Positions 1 to 12,400 of a DNA stretch of 64,000 bases are shown piece after piece; positions within the stretch are counted from its first letter, which is position 1, and each line of letters opens with the position of its first letter. The stretch is from positions 180,053 to 244,052 of IMG/VR virus record IMGVR_UViG_3300025009_000050; one strand, given 5' to 3'. The notes under the pieces are model-generated. The model was not told the DNA's origin and ran no database searches. It saw nothing but the letters and a program-made list of their open reading frames with translations. The position numbers and the translations under genes were made by a program.

Positions 1-3000
1 TGAAGGTTTCTCTATCTCCACGAATCATTGCATTGACCATTTCGGATGAAGAACTTATTCTCTTATCAAGTAGCTTATTCCTCTCTGCTTCTTGTCCTGC
101 AGAATCTATTCCAGCCCATTCATCAATTGTTTTTGCTAGATGATCATCAAGTGCAGATTTCGAGAAGTGTTTAGACGAGATAGAAGACTGTGTTACCAAT
201 TCACCGAGGGCTGTTACAGCTTGTGCTTTCTTCAAGTCAAACGACTGAGGATTTATTCTCATAGCAATCTCTGCCATCTTACGCATTGAAGTAGCTACGT
301 TCGAAGAGTAACCAATATATGAGCGGCCAAGTCTTGCTTCTAATTCGGCTCTTGCGACGCTTCCTACGGTTTGTAGCTCTGCCTTTGGTAGATCTATATT
401 TTCACCCGTATAAGCCTTCACCCAATCTCCGTATGATGCACTGCTACTCTTTCTATTGTCTGCTTCATATAGCTTAGATACTAATTCATCATAGAACTGT
501 CTTCTAGGTTCTATCTCTCTTATATGCGCTGCTATTTCACCTATTGCACCTGTGCCAGACCGTAGTTGAGATTCAATCTGCCATCTGGTTTTGCCTTTGA
601 AGTGTGCAAGCAGAGTGGACATAAAATCACCATCGTTGTCTGCTGCATAAGCTACGGCATCACCAACAGTTACTTGAATTGCATGAGGAGCTAGCCTATC
701 TAATGCCTCGTTAACTCTGAGCCAGGTAGGTTCTATAGACCTTAAGCCTTCTGTAGGATAACGACCTACTATACCAGGCAGACCTTTAACTCCATACTTC
801 TCCTGAAGTTCTCTAGTGTCTCCGAGTGCTAATTCTTCTAATAGCTCAGGAACACCTTTCTTCATACCCTTAGTCATTTCTCTTAATCTACCAAGGGATA
901 TTTCAGCAGTAGCTGCTGCTTTCTTTTGTCCAGGAGAGAATGTTTGAACTAAGAATTGTCCGCTATGTTGGAGTCTAGCAGATTCTATACTGTTATAAAC
1001 AAGACCTTTAGAATCGCTGACACCTCTGATGTTTACGTTGGTGAAATGATCCATTGCCTTTTGTAGGCTTGTGCTTGCTTCTTTCCCTGTTAGGTCAAGC
1101 GTAGCTATGTCTTGGAGCGTTCTAATCACTCTACCACTTGCTGCTAATAATTCATTAGCCTGTGGCATTTGAGCAACCCCTAGTTTCCTAGGCTGTCCTA
1201 TAGGTAGAAAGACTTTATTGATTATATTATCACCAGCAGTTACATAGAACGGTAACTCAAATACCGCTCCACCACGGGACAATATTTTCTCTGCCTTCTT
1301 TGGAGTAAGAGCTCCAGGTTCTCCAGAATGTACTTGGTTATTAGCTATCTTCTCTATGTCGTCATACCACGTACCGGTATAGTCGATATCACTCTTGACA
1401 TCTCCAGAACGTAGGAATCTTTTAAATGATGATAATGATACTCTGCCTTCTCCAGTTTCTCCTATAGGAGTCTGAGAATGTATTACTGTGTCTCTACTGT
1501 CTATCATTCCAGTTAGACTATTAATTGACCTTTCATACTTTCTTAACTGTGACTTTACTTCCTTCTTCCCAGCTTCTATGCGTCCATTTTCGCTAAGCTT
1601 GTCTGCAACTGCGCCATCTAATAGATCTACTCCAGCTTGTTCTCTAACCATCTTCTCGTATTCTTTAGCTGTTGCAGTTAACCCATTAAGTCGAAACATG
1701 CCTATTTCCTTGGGTCCTATCTTGTATATACCACCCTCACTACCTACTGCTTTGAACCATGGTTCAATAGGTTGTGCTCCTACATTCTCATAACCAGTCA
1801 TTATATTACCAACACCAGCAACATTAATTAATAACTTGTCCGTTAAGTTGCTTCCTATAATGTCACTTACTTTATCAAGCACTTGCGTCTTGAATAGCTT
1901 GTGATCTATTACTTGGTTCTTAGGATTATTGATCATCACAAGCATTTTATTCTTGCTTCCTGGTACGTCTTCAAACTTGAACCCGCTATTGCCGAAGAAG
2001 TTATTGAGAACTTTGATTACATCATCTTCTACTTTGTTTCTTACTAGATTCTTTGTAGTAATCTGATTCTGTACTTCATTAACCATAGCCCTTACTTGGC
2101 TACTTATGATGTCTCCATGTCCGCCGTGCTTGAGTGCTTGCGAGCCCATTACAAGATGAAGCTTATCGGCCTCTGCTCCGAACAAACTGTTCCATCTATC
2201 GTTCTCAACCAGAGTCAAAGTCATCTTATCACCGCTAGAGGTTATAAGTTTAAGACCATTTGCTGCTGGTAGTGTTCTTTCTACTGAAACTTTATATTTG
2301 TTTTCTCCAAGTTTCGTTATAGCATTTACTACACCAGGCTGTTTCTTATTATACCTTGCATCTCCCTGAAGTACGCCGAAAGTATTACCTTCGCCATCTA
2401 CTATCTTAGACTCTACCAATTGACCAATGGTGAATGGCTTTTCAGAGGGAGCGATAGTATAAGGGTCGCCCTTCTCTATCGAAGCTAGTATCTCCTTATT
2501 AATGTCACTAACTACATACTCGTTAACCATCTTCATCTTGAGAAGATCATTAGCTATATCGCCACGCATAAATGCTCTGGCGTCATACGTCGATTCTACT
2601 AATCCGGTTAAAGGAGCTCCAGTCCTCTCAGCCTCAGCAATCATCTTCTGTACTTGGTTATCATCCATGTAAGCTGTCTTAACAGTAACCCATGGTGCTA
2701 AGTTATTACCTGTGACTCCATATCTAGCTTTCCCTGCTTCAGTCATGAGTAGGGGGTTAGCTAGTTCACTATACTTCGTTCTAAGTGCTTCTGCTGATTT
2801 AGGGTGGAATGGATGGATATTCTCTGCCTGTGTCATCCTCATTGTTGCTGCAGATGAATGGTATCCAAATGGAATGAACTGACGTATGTCATTGACACTA
2901 CGACTGATTCTTCCATTCTTACCAGTAAACTGAGCTTCCTTGAGTGTGTGAGGATTTAATACGTCATTTATAACATCGATAGGAGTACCAAGTTTTACAC

Positions 3001-6000
3001 TTAATCTCTCTGCAATGGTTCTATTCAGGTTTACAGAGTCAGTTAAGTTCAAACCTGAGATGTCCTTCCCAGCTAGGAATTCTTTTATTCCTTCAAAGTA
3101 GATTACTTCACTACGCTGTCTTATACTAGCATGACTTAGGTTGCGTATCTTCCTAGTATCCATTACTTCATCGGAGTCAAGGAAATTGGCACCAGATAAG
3201 TCTTTAAGTACTTTGTTCTGAGCCCAGTTGACAAGTGCCTGTGCTTGTGCATAGTCTCCTTTCAACATTGCTTCTTTAACTCGTTTAGATATACCAACCT
3301 GAGATTGTAGAATCTTATCGAAGCTTGTTTCAACACCAATGTTCTTACCATCAAGTGTGAAGTCCATCTGGTTAATTCTCATAACCCTACCAACAGTAAG
3401 AATCCTTCTTTCATCCACCAATGGGATGTTAACCTTAACTACATCGCTATTATTCATTATCTGTTCTACTGTCTGCTTACCTACTGTTGCTGCTTTCTTC
3501 TCATCATATAGAGCAAAGATAAAACCCTTATTGTCAGGTGATGACAATATAGTCCCATCTATATTTGCATCTGTAAGATACCTTGATAGTAGCTTCTTTA
3601 TTGGTTCTTCTGCTTTCCTATTAAGCCCGAATAAAGGCCCTAGTCTTTTTAGTGGAGAAAGCTGTTCATGAATAATAGCATTATGCGCTTCTAACATCTT
3701 AGCAAACTCTTGGTTTGCCGCTAGGTTAGGAACAAAAGCTTTATCTATCTTCTGCCATGCACTACTACCACGTCTTTGTCCTTCATCTAGCGCATGATTA
3801 GCTACCAACCGCATTTGATCAGGGGTAAGCTTTTCCCATATGCCTCCATTATTGGCATCAACATGGGCAACCTTATATGACAAGAACTCATTAGCTAAGT
3901 TCTTAGCTTGTATGTCGTCTATCTTCATACCAGAAACAATATCATTAGCTATCCTAGTCCTATCAAAAAGCTTTGCTGCTATTTGCTTAAGTACAAAGTT
4001 ACTTTCTCTCGGACCTTGCTTCTGGATCTCTGATAGTCTTAGAAAGTTAGTAACTTCAGTACGATCTAATATATGCTTACCACCTAACTTATTTATTAGC
4101 ACTGGTAGTTCGATTTTGTCGATGGGTCTTTTGGTGATTTGCCTTAGCTGTGACACTATACCTTTATAACTACCAAGATTAAGAACTATATTATCTGATA
4201 GTTGTAACATTCTATTGTTAGTTGTAGTCTTAATAACTTTCTTAGCTGGACTAATCCCACCAGTAGCTTTACGTAAGTCAGGTATTTGGACCCTACCTTC
4301 CATTATGTCTTGTAGGGCAGTAAGGGCAAAGTCCTTCTGTACTCCTTTAAGACTTTGGAATGTTCCGCTACTAATGACAGCATTAATCATTCCTCTCTCA
4401 GCTCTTAGCCTATCTTGCATATAGTAGAAGTTTCTAGCTTGTTGCTCAGAATTGAATAGATCTTTAAATTGTCCCTTAGTTAAATCATCCATAGAAGCTC
4501 TATTGACTCCAGCTTTATCAATTGCATCAAGAGCTCTCATGTATCTCTCCGCTCTTACATGGCCTCCATCGGTATCAAAGATTCTATAATATGCACGTAG
4601 AGCTCTGTCCTTCATTCTCTCTGTCCTAGTTTCTTCACCACTGACACCAGTAATATGTTCAGCATTATATGGTACTAAATGAGAGAATATACTACGTATA
4701 CTATCGAACCCAGTACCACTAATATTCTCAGGTCTAACAAAGGTATGGTATAATCCTTCATCTACATTACGTAGGGTTAATGCCCATCCACCATGTTCAA
4801 AACCTTCAAGAGCGCCCTTCTCTATCTGCTTAAAGCTATGAATTCTGTACTCGGTATTCTTATATAGGTTCCCACTAGATATAGGCTTATCGGGGTTGTC
4901 TGAGTAAGCATCTATGAATTTGCCTGTATCATCAAGTTTATATATCCCATCGTACTTATTCTTTTCATAAGGACTTAATCCGGAAATTGAGAATAGACTA
5001 CTATCAGACTTTATTGTCTTGTTGTCTATAGCAAGTACTCCACCACTTATAGCATTCCAGTCTAATGATATGCTAGCCCCAGCTGCTATTCTTCTAGCAC
5101 TAGCTATCTTACTATTAATATTACCTCCAATGGAGTTGAGTAACATAGGTACTGCTTCAGCATCTCCACCAGCAAAGTGTTCAATTCTATTATTGAAGGC
5201 ATTAGACAATACCTCTAATGTAGTTAGACCTTGTTTCCCTCTTATCCCACCACTTAATGTCTTGTAGTGTTCCCTCATTTTCTTGTCACCAATTAGCGGT
5301 GCTATCTGTCCGATAGGGTCATGATATGCAAGGTCAATAAGTCTATTAACATCCAACGCTCTATGAGTACTATTAATGATATGTAGGTTCTTCATTAGGG
5401 TTTCAATGCTACTACTAATAGGACTCTGTGGTCCAAGAGCAGTCCTAGTCTGATTAAAGTATTCCATCATGGCAGGGATATCGTGTTCTAAGAAGTTATA
5501 CCCCATGAGGTTACCGCCATTCTTAGCTATGTTCTCTACATGATGATTTATAGCTTTAATCATGCCATCAAGATAGCTACCTGAGTTTCCATTGCCATAT
5601 AAATTTTTTAAGCCATTTCTCATCTGTGAAGTGTATGCTTTCAAATTAGTAAATGTAGATCTGTCTGGTAACTCAGATGGTGACTTAAGCTTATCTTTAT
5701 TGACAAGTCTTACATCTCCTATGCCTGGGATTGTCTCTGTCTTAAATACCTCAGAATCTTGATACCTCATTAACCACCACAGTGTACGTCTATGATCATC
5801 TGTTAATCCAGCCATTCCTGTGCTCTCTACTTGTTTGATTAAATTTTTTAGTTCTACCTTCTGCTTTTCATCTACGAAGCCAGCTAATGTCATAGTATTC
5901 ATTTTATCTAGCATTGGAGAGCCACTCTTGAGGCCATTGAACTGCCAACTAGACAAACCTACCTCAGTCATAGCAAATAGATTCATGCTCTGATTCTTTG

Positions 6001-6418
6001 CAAGTGGACTGACACCGAGGTTTTCAATATCTAAGCTTAAGTGAGTCATGCCTACATTTTTAACCATGTTCTCCCATGCGGTTATTGTTCTTTGCGCTCT
6101 AGTAGCTCCCCTGGTATTTATGTAATTAAACACACTAGTGCTTGGGTTACTAAGTACCCCATTTATTTCAGCGTTTAGTGCCCTACTAACTTTAGATCTC
6201 TCTACTACGCCACCAATGTTTCTAGGTGCACCAATGAAGTCTGGGATATTCTTAGAACGTATTATCTGTTCTTTAGTCGGTTCTGAATTAGGGTCGTAGT
6301 AATTCCTACCTGAACCACCAAAGTTCATAAGAACTTTTGGAGTACCTATACTATTAATAATACCTTTCTGTTCCAATACACTAGGTATACTAAAGAGTTC
6401 GCTATCATTAAACTTCAT
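1..6418 (-). CDS. Giant single-chain (beta+beta'-like) RNA polymerase with N-terminal DEDDh exonuclease; probable virion RNAP; 3' end outside window (>2139 aa)
   Basis: Manual translation from ATG 6418 (SD aaggtggg). All motifs are in one frame. Exonuclease: SLDIENLG (D130/E132), GYNFLEHD (D313), HFAGGD (H414/D419). Beta-like: FIPFGYHSSAATMRMTQAENIHP, GLKLITSSGDK (K1390/K1398), GGIYKIGPKEIGMF. Beta'-like: KGLVYNSIESARLQHSGQF, GRYP (R1886), AADNDGDF (626-640). Confidence 0.88.
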   Translation of the reverse strand, partial: MKFNDSELFSIPSVLEQKGIINSIGTPKVLMNFGGSGRNYYDPNSEPTKEQIIRSKNIPDFIGAPRNIGGVVERSKVSRALNAEINGVLSNPSTSVFNYINTRGATRAQRTITAWENMVKNVGMTHLSLDIENLGVSPLAKNQSMNLFAMTEVGLSSWQFNGLKSGSPMLDKMNTMTLAGFVDEKQKVELKNLIKQVESTGMAGLTDDHRRTLWWLMRYQDSEVFKTETIPGIGDVRLVNKDKLKSPSELPDRSTFTNLKAYTSQMRNGLKNLYGNGNSGSYLDGMIKAINHHVENIAKNGGNLMGYNFLEHDIPAMMEYFNQTRTALGPQSPISSSIETLMKNLHIINSTHRALDVNRLIDLAYHDPIGQIAPLIGDKKMREHYKTLSGGIRGKQGLTTLEVLSNAFNNRIEHFAGGDAEAVPMLLNSIGGNINSKIASARRIAAGASISLDWNAISGGVLAIDNKTIKSDSSLFSISGLSPYEKNKYDGIYKLDDTGKFIDAYSDNPDKPISSGNLYKNTEYRIHSFKQIEKGALEGFEHGGWALTLRNVDEGLYHTFVRPENISGTGFDSIRSIFSHLVPYNAEHITGVSGEETRTERMKDRALRAYYRIFDTDGGHVRAERYMRALDAIDKAGVNRASMDDLTKGQFKDLFNSEQQARNFYYMQDRLRAERGMINAVISSGTFQSLKGVQKDFALTALQDIMEGRVQIPDLRKATGGISPAKKVIKTTTNNRMLQLSDNIVLNLGSYKGIVSQLRQITKRPIDKIELPVLINKLGGKHILDRTEVTNFLRLSEIQKQGPRESNFVLKQIAAKLFDRTRIANDIVSGMKIDDIQAKNLANEFLSYKVAHVDANNGGIWEKLTPDQMRLVANHALDEGQRRGSSAWQKIDKAFVPNLAANQEFAKMLEAHNAIIHEQLSPLKRLGPLFGLNRKAEEPIKKLLSRYLTDANIDGTILSSPDNKGFIFALYDEKKAATVGKQTVEQIMNNSDVVKVNIPLVDERRILTVGRVMRINQMDFTLDGKNIGVETSFDKILQSQVGISKRVKEAMLKGDYAQAQALVNWAQNKVLKDLSGANFLDSDEVMDTRKIRNLSHASIRQRSEVIYFEGIKEFLAGKDISGLNLTDSVNLNRTIAERLSVKLGTPIDVINDVLNPHTLKEAQFTGKNGRISRSVNDIRQFIPFGYHSSAATMRMTQAENIHPFHPKSAEALRTKYSELANPLLMTEAGKARYGVTGNNLAPWVTVKTAYMDDNQVQKMIAEAERTGAPLTGLVESTYDARAFMRGDIANDLLKMKMVNEYVVSDINKEILASIEKGDPYTIAPSEKPFTIGQLVESKIVDGEGNTFGVLQGDARYNKKQPGVVNAITKLGENKYKVSVERTLPAANGLKLITSSGDKMTLTLVENDRWNSLFGAEADKLHLVMGSQALKHGGHGDIISSQVRAMVNEVQNQITTKNLVRNKVEDDVIKVLNNFFGNSGFKFEDVPGSKNKMLVMINNPKNQVIDHKLFKTQVLDKVSDIIGSNLTDKLLINVAGVGNIMTGYENVGAQPIEPWFKAVGSEGGIYKIGPKEIGMFRLNGLTATAKEYEKMVREQAGVDLLDGAVADKLSENGRIEAGKKEVKSQLRKYERSINSLTGMIDSRDTVIHSQTPIGETGEGRVSLSSFKRFLRSGDVKSDIDYTGTWYDDIEKIANNQVHSGEPGALTPKKAEKILSRGGAVFELPFYVTAGDNIINKVFLPIGQPRKLGVAQMPQANELLAASGRVIRTLQDIATLDLTGKEASTSLQKAMDHFTNVNIRGVSDSKGLVYNSIESARLQHSGQFLVQTFSPGQKKAAATAEISLGRLREMTKGMKKGVPELLEELALGDTRELQEKYGVKGLPGIVGRYPTEGLRSIEPTWLRVNEALDRLAPHAIQVTVGDAVAYAADNDGDFMSTLLAHFKGKTRWQIESQLRSGTGAIGEIAAHIREIEPRRQFYDELVSKLYEADNRKSSSASYGDWVKAYTGENIDLPKAELQTVGSVARAELEARLGRSYIGYSSNVATSMRKMAEIAMRINPQSFDLKKAQAVTALGELVTQSSISSKHFSKSALDDHLAKTIDEWAGIDSAGQEAERNKLLDKRISSSSEMVNAMIRGDRETF

Positions 6419-6430
6419 TGGTGTCCCACC

Positions 6431-9400
6431 TTAAACATTGATTATATTTCCAGGATCTCTATTCATAACATTGATTATCTCATTGGTTCTATCCTTGTCT
6501 ATTGATACATTAACATTCATTGAATGGGCTTCCGCAGCTGGACCATGAGATATTTGCACATCTATATCAGACAGTCCCGCTCCACGTAGTACTTGACTTA
6601 GCCTAGTTTGTATACTTCCTATGTAACTACTAGGCTTGAAGGGATCTACATCAGGAGCAGCTTCAGCATATGCCTCATCATCGGGCCAGTATCCGAATTC
6701 AGACATATCTAGTGCTTCGTTCTTTATTACCTTGAGTTTAATGTCCTCCAAACTTACGTTAGCTTTCCAGCCTTCCCAGTTAGCAGTTGGGAGATAATGA
6801 CCACGGAAGTAATCAGTGATACCGACCTTCTCATTTTGTTCCATTCCCCATCTTGCCTGGTATAGTCTACGTTGGTTCTTAGGAACTAGACTGAGAATTT
6901 CCTTCCTCTCACTTTGGTCTGCGCTCATGAAGTACTGATAAAATTCTCTATCCTTCTTAGGTAAGGCACGATATATGTTTACCATATCTCCAAGTGGATC
7001 AACGCCATATAATGTTGACTTCGCTTGTAGATTGTAGTATAGAGCTTGGATTGCATCAGGACCTAGTTGAGTGAGTCTTCTATCCTCGTCTATAGCAGTT
7101 AGCTCTCTATTGATATCTTTAAGCTTAGACTTGTTCAGGTCTGTATCAAGTTGTCCATCAACATCTTGTAACTTAAGCCATCTCTTAAGTGACTTAAGGG
7201 TGTTTCTCCTAGCCTTATTAATTCTTCCGCGCTTAGTCTCATCAGCAATTATATCCTCTACATCTACGCCTTCTGTAGCTATAGCTTGCTTTCTAGCTTT
7301 CTCGTAGAGTCCCTTATATTTAACGTACTTGAGCATATCGAAGTATTCGTTGATCTCACGTTCTTTACGACGACGCTTGGGTATCCATACTTCACCTGAT
7401 GAGTCTGTAGTCTCCCCAAGTACACGAGCTGTTGATAAGCCACCAGCAGTTACAGCACCGGTAAATGTGCCAAGCTTTCTACCGAGTACATTAGAGCCGA
7501 ATAGCCTACCTAGTACTGCACCATATAAAGCAGCAATTGGTGGTGACTTGGCAGCGAATGCCTCTAGTGTTGGCTTCATAATTCCGCTCCAGGGATCGTA
7601 CCATGGTTGCCATGCTTTACCGTGTACTTCCGTACGCTTATACATTTCAAGCGGAGATCTCACTTGTAAGAACTTTGTATGGAAAGCTGTATCAAGGTGA
7701 GCAAACCATTCCCACCACTTACCTACTGTTATCTCCTCAGGATAGAATCTAGCGTTAACTCCAACAGCGCTGAAATCAGTCTCCTTCTCAGTAACCTGAT
7801 CTCCAACTGTTCTGAGTAATTTAGCTTGTAGTGGACCACCTTCTGGAGTATATACTACGGCATGCATGGTGCTCAGTACGTCCTTCCGGACTCTATTAAG
7901 CGGGTCCTTGTCTATACCTATCTGTACTTTAGCTCCAGGGTATATTATTGCTTCTATCTCAGCTCTTGCTTCTGCTGAAGCTTCATCAGCTACTGGTACA
8001 TGTATGCCAGCAAGTCTAATTGGATGGTCTGGATGTTCAGCAGTCATGAATGTATTGGCATCTATAACCTTAGTTACGTTAACTTCTTCATTAATTATGT
8101 CAGCAGTTCTGAATTTATATGGATATAAGTTATATTTCTTCTTCTGCTGAGATACTTGTTTCTTAATGGTAGTCACTTGTTTTCTTTCTAATGGATTAAG
8201 TGACATCCTAGATACTATATCTTTATACAGCTTATGTTGTTCTGAGTATGGAGCCACGTCTGCAAGTATCTTGAATCTATCGAATGCGCCGTACTCACCG
8301 AACTCATCTGGGTGTAGATTATTTAATCTTTCATATCCAGAGCCTGGTAGTCTAGCCTCACCATTTTGAATCTTACCATATGGGTCTCCATGTCTAAAGT
8401 CCATAATATATTCTGGACCTGGCAACCAATCAGGCATCTGGTTCCCATATGGGTTGTATTGATTGCGTCTATGTTTACTATTAGGAGCAAACCTACGGAA
8501 TATCTCAGATACCGCTCCACCCATGCCACCAAGGTTTTGATCCCAGAATCCACGTCCAAAGCTGTTCATATATGATGCAGAAGCTAAGGTATTCCTGCTT
8601 CGTGGGTTATTCTCTCCACCAAACATCTGTGTTAATGTGAATCCGTAGATACCAGCCATTTCAGTTAGGCTGTAATACGTTTCTCCAGCCCTATATGCTA
8701 AGCTATTCGGGCTCATTACTTCATCTAGATCTGATATATTATCTATACCACGCATGAGATCGTTCTTACTGAATCTCATACTTCTTATTGCTCCACGACT
8801 AATAATACCTTGGTTTATGGACGTAAGTTGTTGACCACTAGCTGTTGACCCACTACCAGGAGTTCCTATAATGGGTACTCCACCGATGTTAACATTGCCG
8901 CCTGGGCTTATTGAGTAACCACCCATTGTGGTTGCTATGCCTGGATATATATTAGATAGTGCTATTCCACCGGATGCTGTTGAGTAAGCATAACCTTGTT
9001 CCTCAGCTGCCTGAGACTTAATTGATTCATTAATATCCGTAAGATACTGTCTATGAGCCTTAGATAAGTCTCCACGTTGCATATCAGGAGCAATTCCAGC
9101 CATGCTTAATGTCTTTGATGCAAGTGGACCAAAGAGTGGTAGTTCTTCTAATATGGATGCTCCACCAGTACTTGGATAAGGTCTGTCTTCCTTATGTTTG
9201 TAAGCATAGTGGTGTGGGCTAGCAATTATAGCATTTATAGGACCAATTGGGTTCTCAAGTGTTGGGTACCACTGATTCCCATAATACTCAGCTCTACTAC
9301 CATACATGACATCACTCATCATGTAGTCCGTCATTTTTCTTCTATACCAGTTGGGCATAAAGTAATCTACTTTACCGCCAGACCATGGTGTATTAGAACC

Positions 9401-12400
9401 AGTCCCCCAGTACCTTCCCTTTCTAGCCGGGTCATTTCCATATGAGTAGTACTCAGTTAGTTCCTGAGAGCTACGAGTATCGCCGATCAATCCAAATGTA
9501 GCAAAGTTAATTGCCTTGGTAGGCAACCATTCTGCAAGTTGGTCTGAGCCAGAAAACATGTCTTTCCAGCGCTTCATCATACTAGTTACGCCAGTTGCAT
9601 CTTTAAACTTGGCCATGTCTATTCTAGCGCCTACGTAGGCGCTAGATAGCTCTTCACTGGGCTTAAAGCCTGTTATACTAGCTAAGTAATCTGAATACCC
9701 AAGGTATCCAACAGTAGCCATTGGTAACAAGAATCTTCTACCAATAAGATTTAGATACGCATCCTGAGCAGAACCCAGTGACTTATTACTTAATCCAAGT
9801 CCAGCCTTACCTATGGCTTCATTCAGACGGTTAAACATGTAGTAACTTATTACAGATGCAGTAGATACTTTATCAAGGTTATCTCTACCAGCTCTAAAGC
9901 CAAATCCAAAGTCAAAACCAAGTTGACCTATAGTACTCTCAGAGAATGCCTTGATGACTCCGCCTATTCCTTCCCCACTCTTGATGGCTTCGTTAACCAT
10001 TTTGATCGGGTTGACGGACTTATTAATAACTAGGCTTCTAGCATTACCAAAGTGTTCAGGAGGAGGGAACCCAGGGCCTGCCCCCCACCATGGAGTATGC
10101 CTCTTTACTGTAGCATTGAGGCTTTCAGAGAACCACGTATCTTCCCCAGCAAGTGACCCTAAGAATCTATTTGCTGCGTCTGCTTCGTCCTCTGCATTAA
10201 TAGGTCTAAATATACCTCTGAATAGTTCTGCATTTTCACCACGCATACGATTAAGCAGCAGTAACTCTTCTGCTCTTTCTGCGTCTTTACCAGTTAGTGT
10301 AGATCTTACTAAACTGGATACTGTAGACTGACCCTCTGTATCAAACGTCTTTTGTATTTGGTACAGTAAGTCCATATGCATAGCTCTTCTAGCGTCTTCT
10401 AGTTGGGTTACGAGTTTAGTACTACCCTCGTTCTCTATCATTGAGAATATGCCAGGTAGTGCCGGTAACTCATCAGTAAGAACACGTGGTGAGTTAGCAA
10501 ACTTCTTCGGATCTCTATATAACTTTACATATTTGTTTAATAGATCTTGTACCGGGCTTCCACTAGCTGCTGTAGTCCTATGCTCTACCATCTTTCCAAT
10601 AGTAAGCATAGTCTCTTCTTCGGTTCTTGTTACAAAGTCAGCAGGTTCTAAACCGAATCTACTAGCCATAGTGGTACCATCAGGACCTCTAAGAGCAGCT
10701 AACCTCTCTATTGCATTGTTACTTAAGGCAGATGACTTTTGACTTAATATATTGTAAGCAGATCTATATGAATCTACTAGCTTGTCAGTGTCATTAACAT
10801 GGAGCATAGAACGTTCAAGAGTTTCTTCTAGACTCGCTCCTGATTCTCTTGCTTCATTCCATAACGCTACTCTCTTGCCAGTATAGTCATATTGATTTCT
10901 AGCCCAGGATGGGTTCCAGAACTTTGTGAATACACTAGTTATTTTACTAACATCACTCTGAGAATCTTGCATCCCGTAGTCAAATAGTTTTCTTATCGGT
11001 CCACTACGTTCTCTAAGTATCCTGGTCTCTTCTCGTTCAAGTCCAGCCATAGCTGATAATGTACGTGGGAATAAGCCAAACCTAGCAGAAGCTCTATATA
11101 CATTATCCTTAACAAGATTTACTTCAGGACTAAGGTCGAACACTTTATCATTAACAGCTAAGTAGTCACGCCTTATAGGTGATGTATGTCCAGTAAGAAC
11201 TGGCTGCGCTTGTCCTGTACCACGTCTAAGTATTTCGCTAAAAGGTGCACTTCTTATTCCCTGCCAACTAATCCAGTGAGCCAATCTTAATGGGTTAATA
11301 TTAACGAATGGTATATGGAAATTATTAGCTAGGAACCCTAGCGTGCTGTGGAATGAATCAGATACATGGCGCAGATCTATTATGTCACCAGTATCTTGAT
11401 GTACAAATATATTTTTATCAACTCTGAGTTTAGCTAGTTCTGCATCTTTACTAATTAGAGACTCTATCTTCTGGTTCCATTTCATAGTCCTTTGGACTAC
11501 TCTAGTCCTGTCTGTTCCCTTGATCCTCTTTGAAAATGGTATTACGGTATTATTAAAGAAATCTCTCTTAACTGCTTCGCCAACAGTTAACTGTTGGTAT
11601 CCAGCACCTTCCATTACCCTGGTAAACCAGGTATCCTGCACACGCATAGATTCCTTGAACGTGCTACGTAAGCGCTTTGCAACATTTGATAATGTTCTAG
11701 TAAGGATATCTTGTGCTTCATTATCGAATGAAGGTATAGAACCATATTGTTTAGCTAGTAAGCTCTGATTTCTTATTGCTTGAGCTATTACATCTGTGGT
11801 ATGGTCAGCTTCTGTATCACGCAAGCCTGACTTTCTAACTAATTCCCTAATGGCATCTGGACTGGCACCACGAAAGAATGCATCGTTCTTTTGCTCTAAG
11901 TGTGGTTTAATGGCATCAAACATGTCATCCGTTAGATGACCATGCCTAGGATTTAGCTGCTTCATCACCCTACTATAAATAAGATTACCAGTAGACTTCT
12001 CTAGAGCTTCTTGTGGGGTATACATCAGCTCCATCCTAGTTCTTACAAATTCAGATGGAGCTCTTCCTACGCTGTTCTTAGGAGTAAGGTGGACATCTCT
12101 CATTCTACTTCTGAAATTCTTAGATATATCAGCGATTGTATCTTCACTAAATATAGAGAACAGACTCTTATCAGCTACTGCCTCGTCAATAGACTTACCA
12201 AATGCGCTTGTGGTTTCAAAGAGTCTTCTACTCTTAGAAAGAGCTGGTGCTATGTACTTTGCTAATAGACTAGTGCCGCCAGCTCTATGAAAACCATATG
12301 CGGCACCACTAATAGCAGTAAAACCCAGGGCTGACCTTACAAAGCTGCCCTGGGTTTCGTTAGGGGAGCTGTTGAGGTACTTTTGGTATTGGTTAGTATA

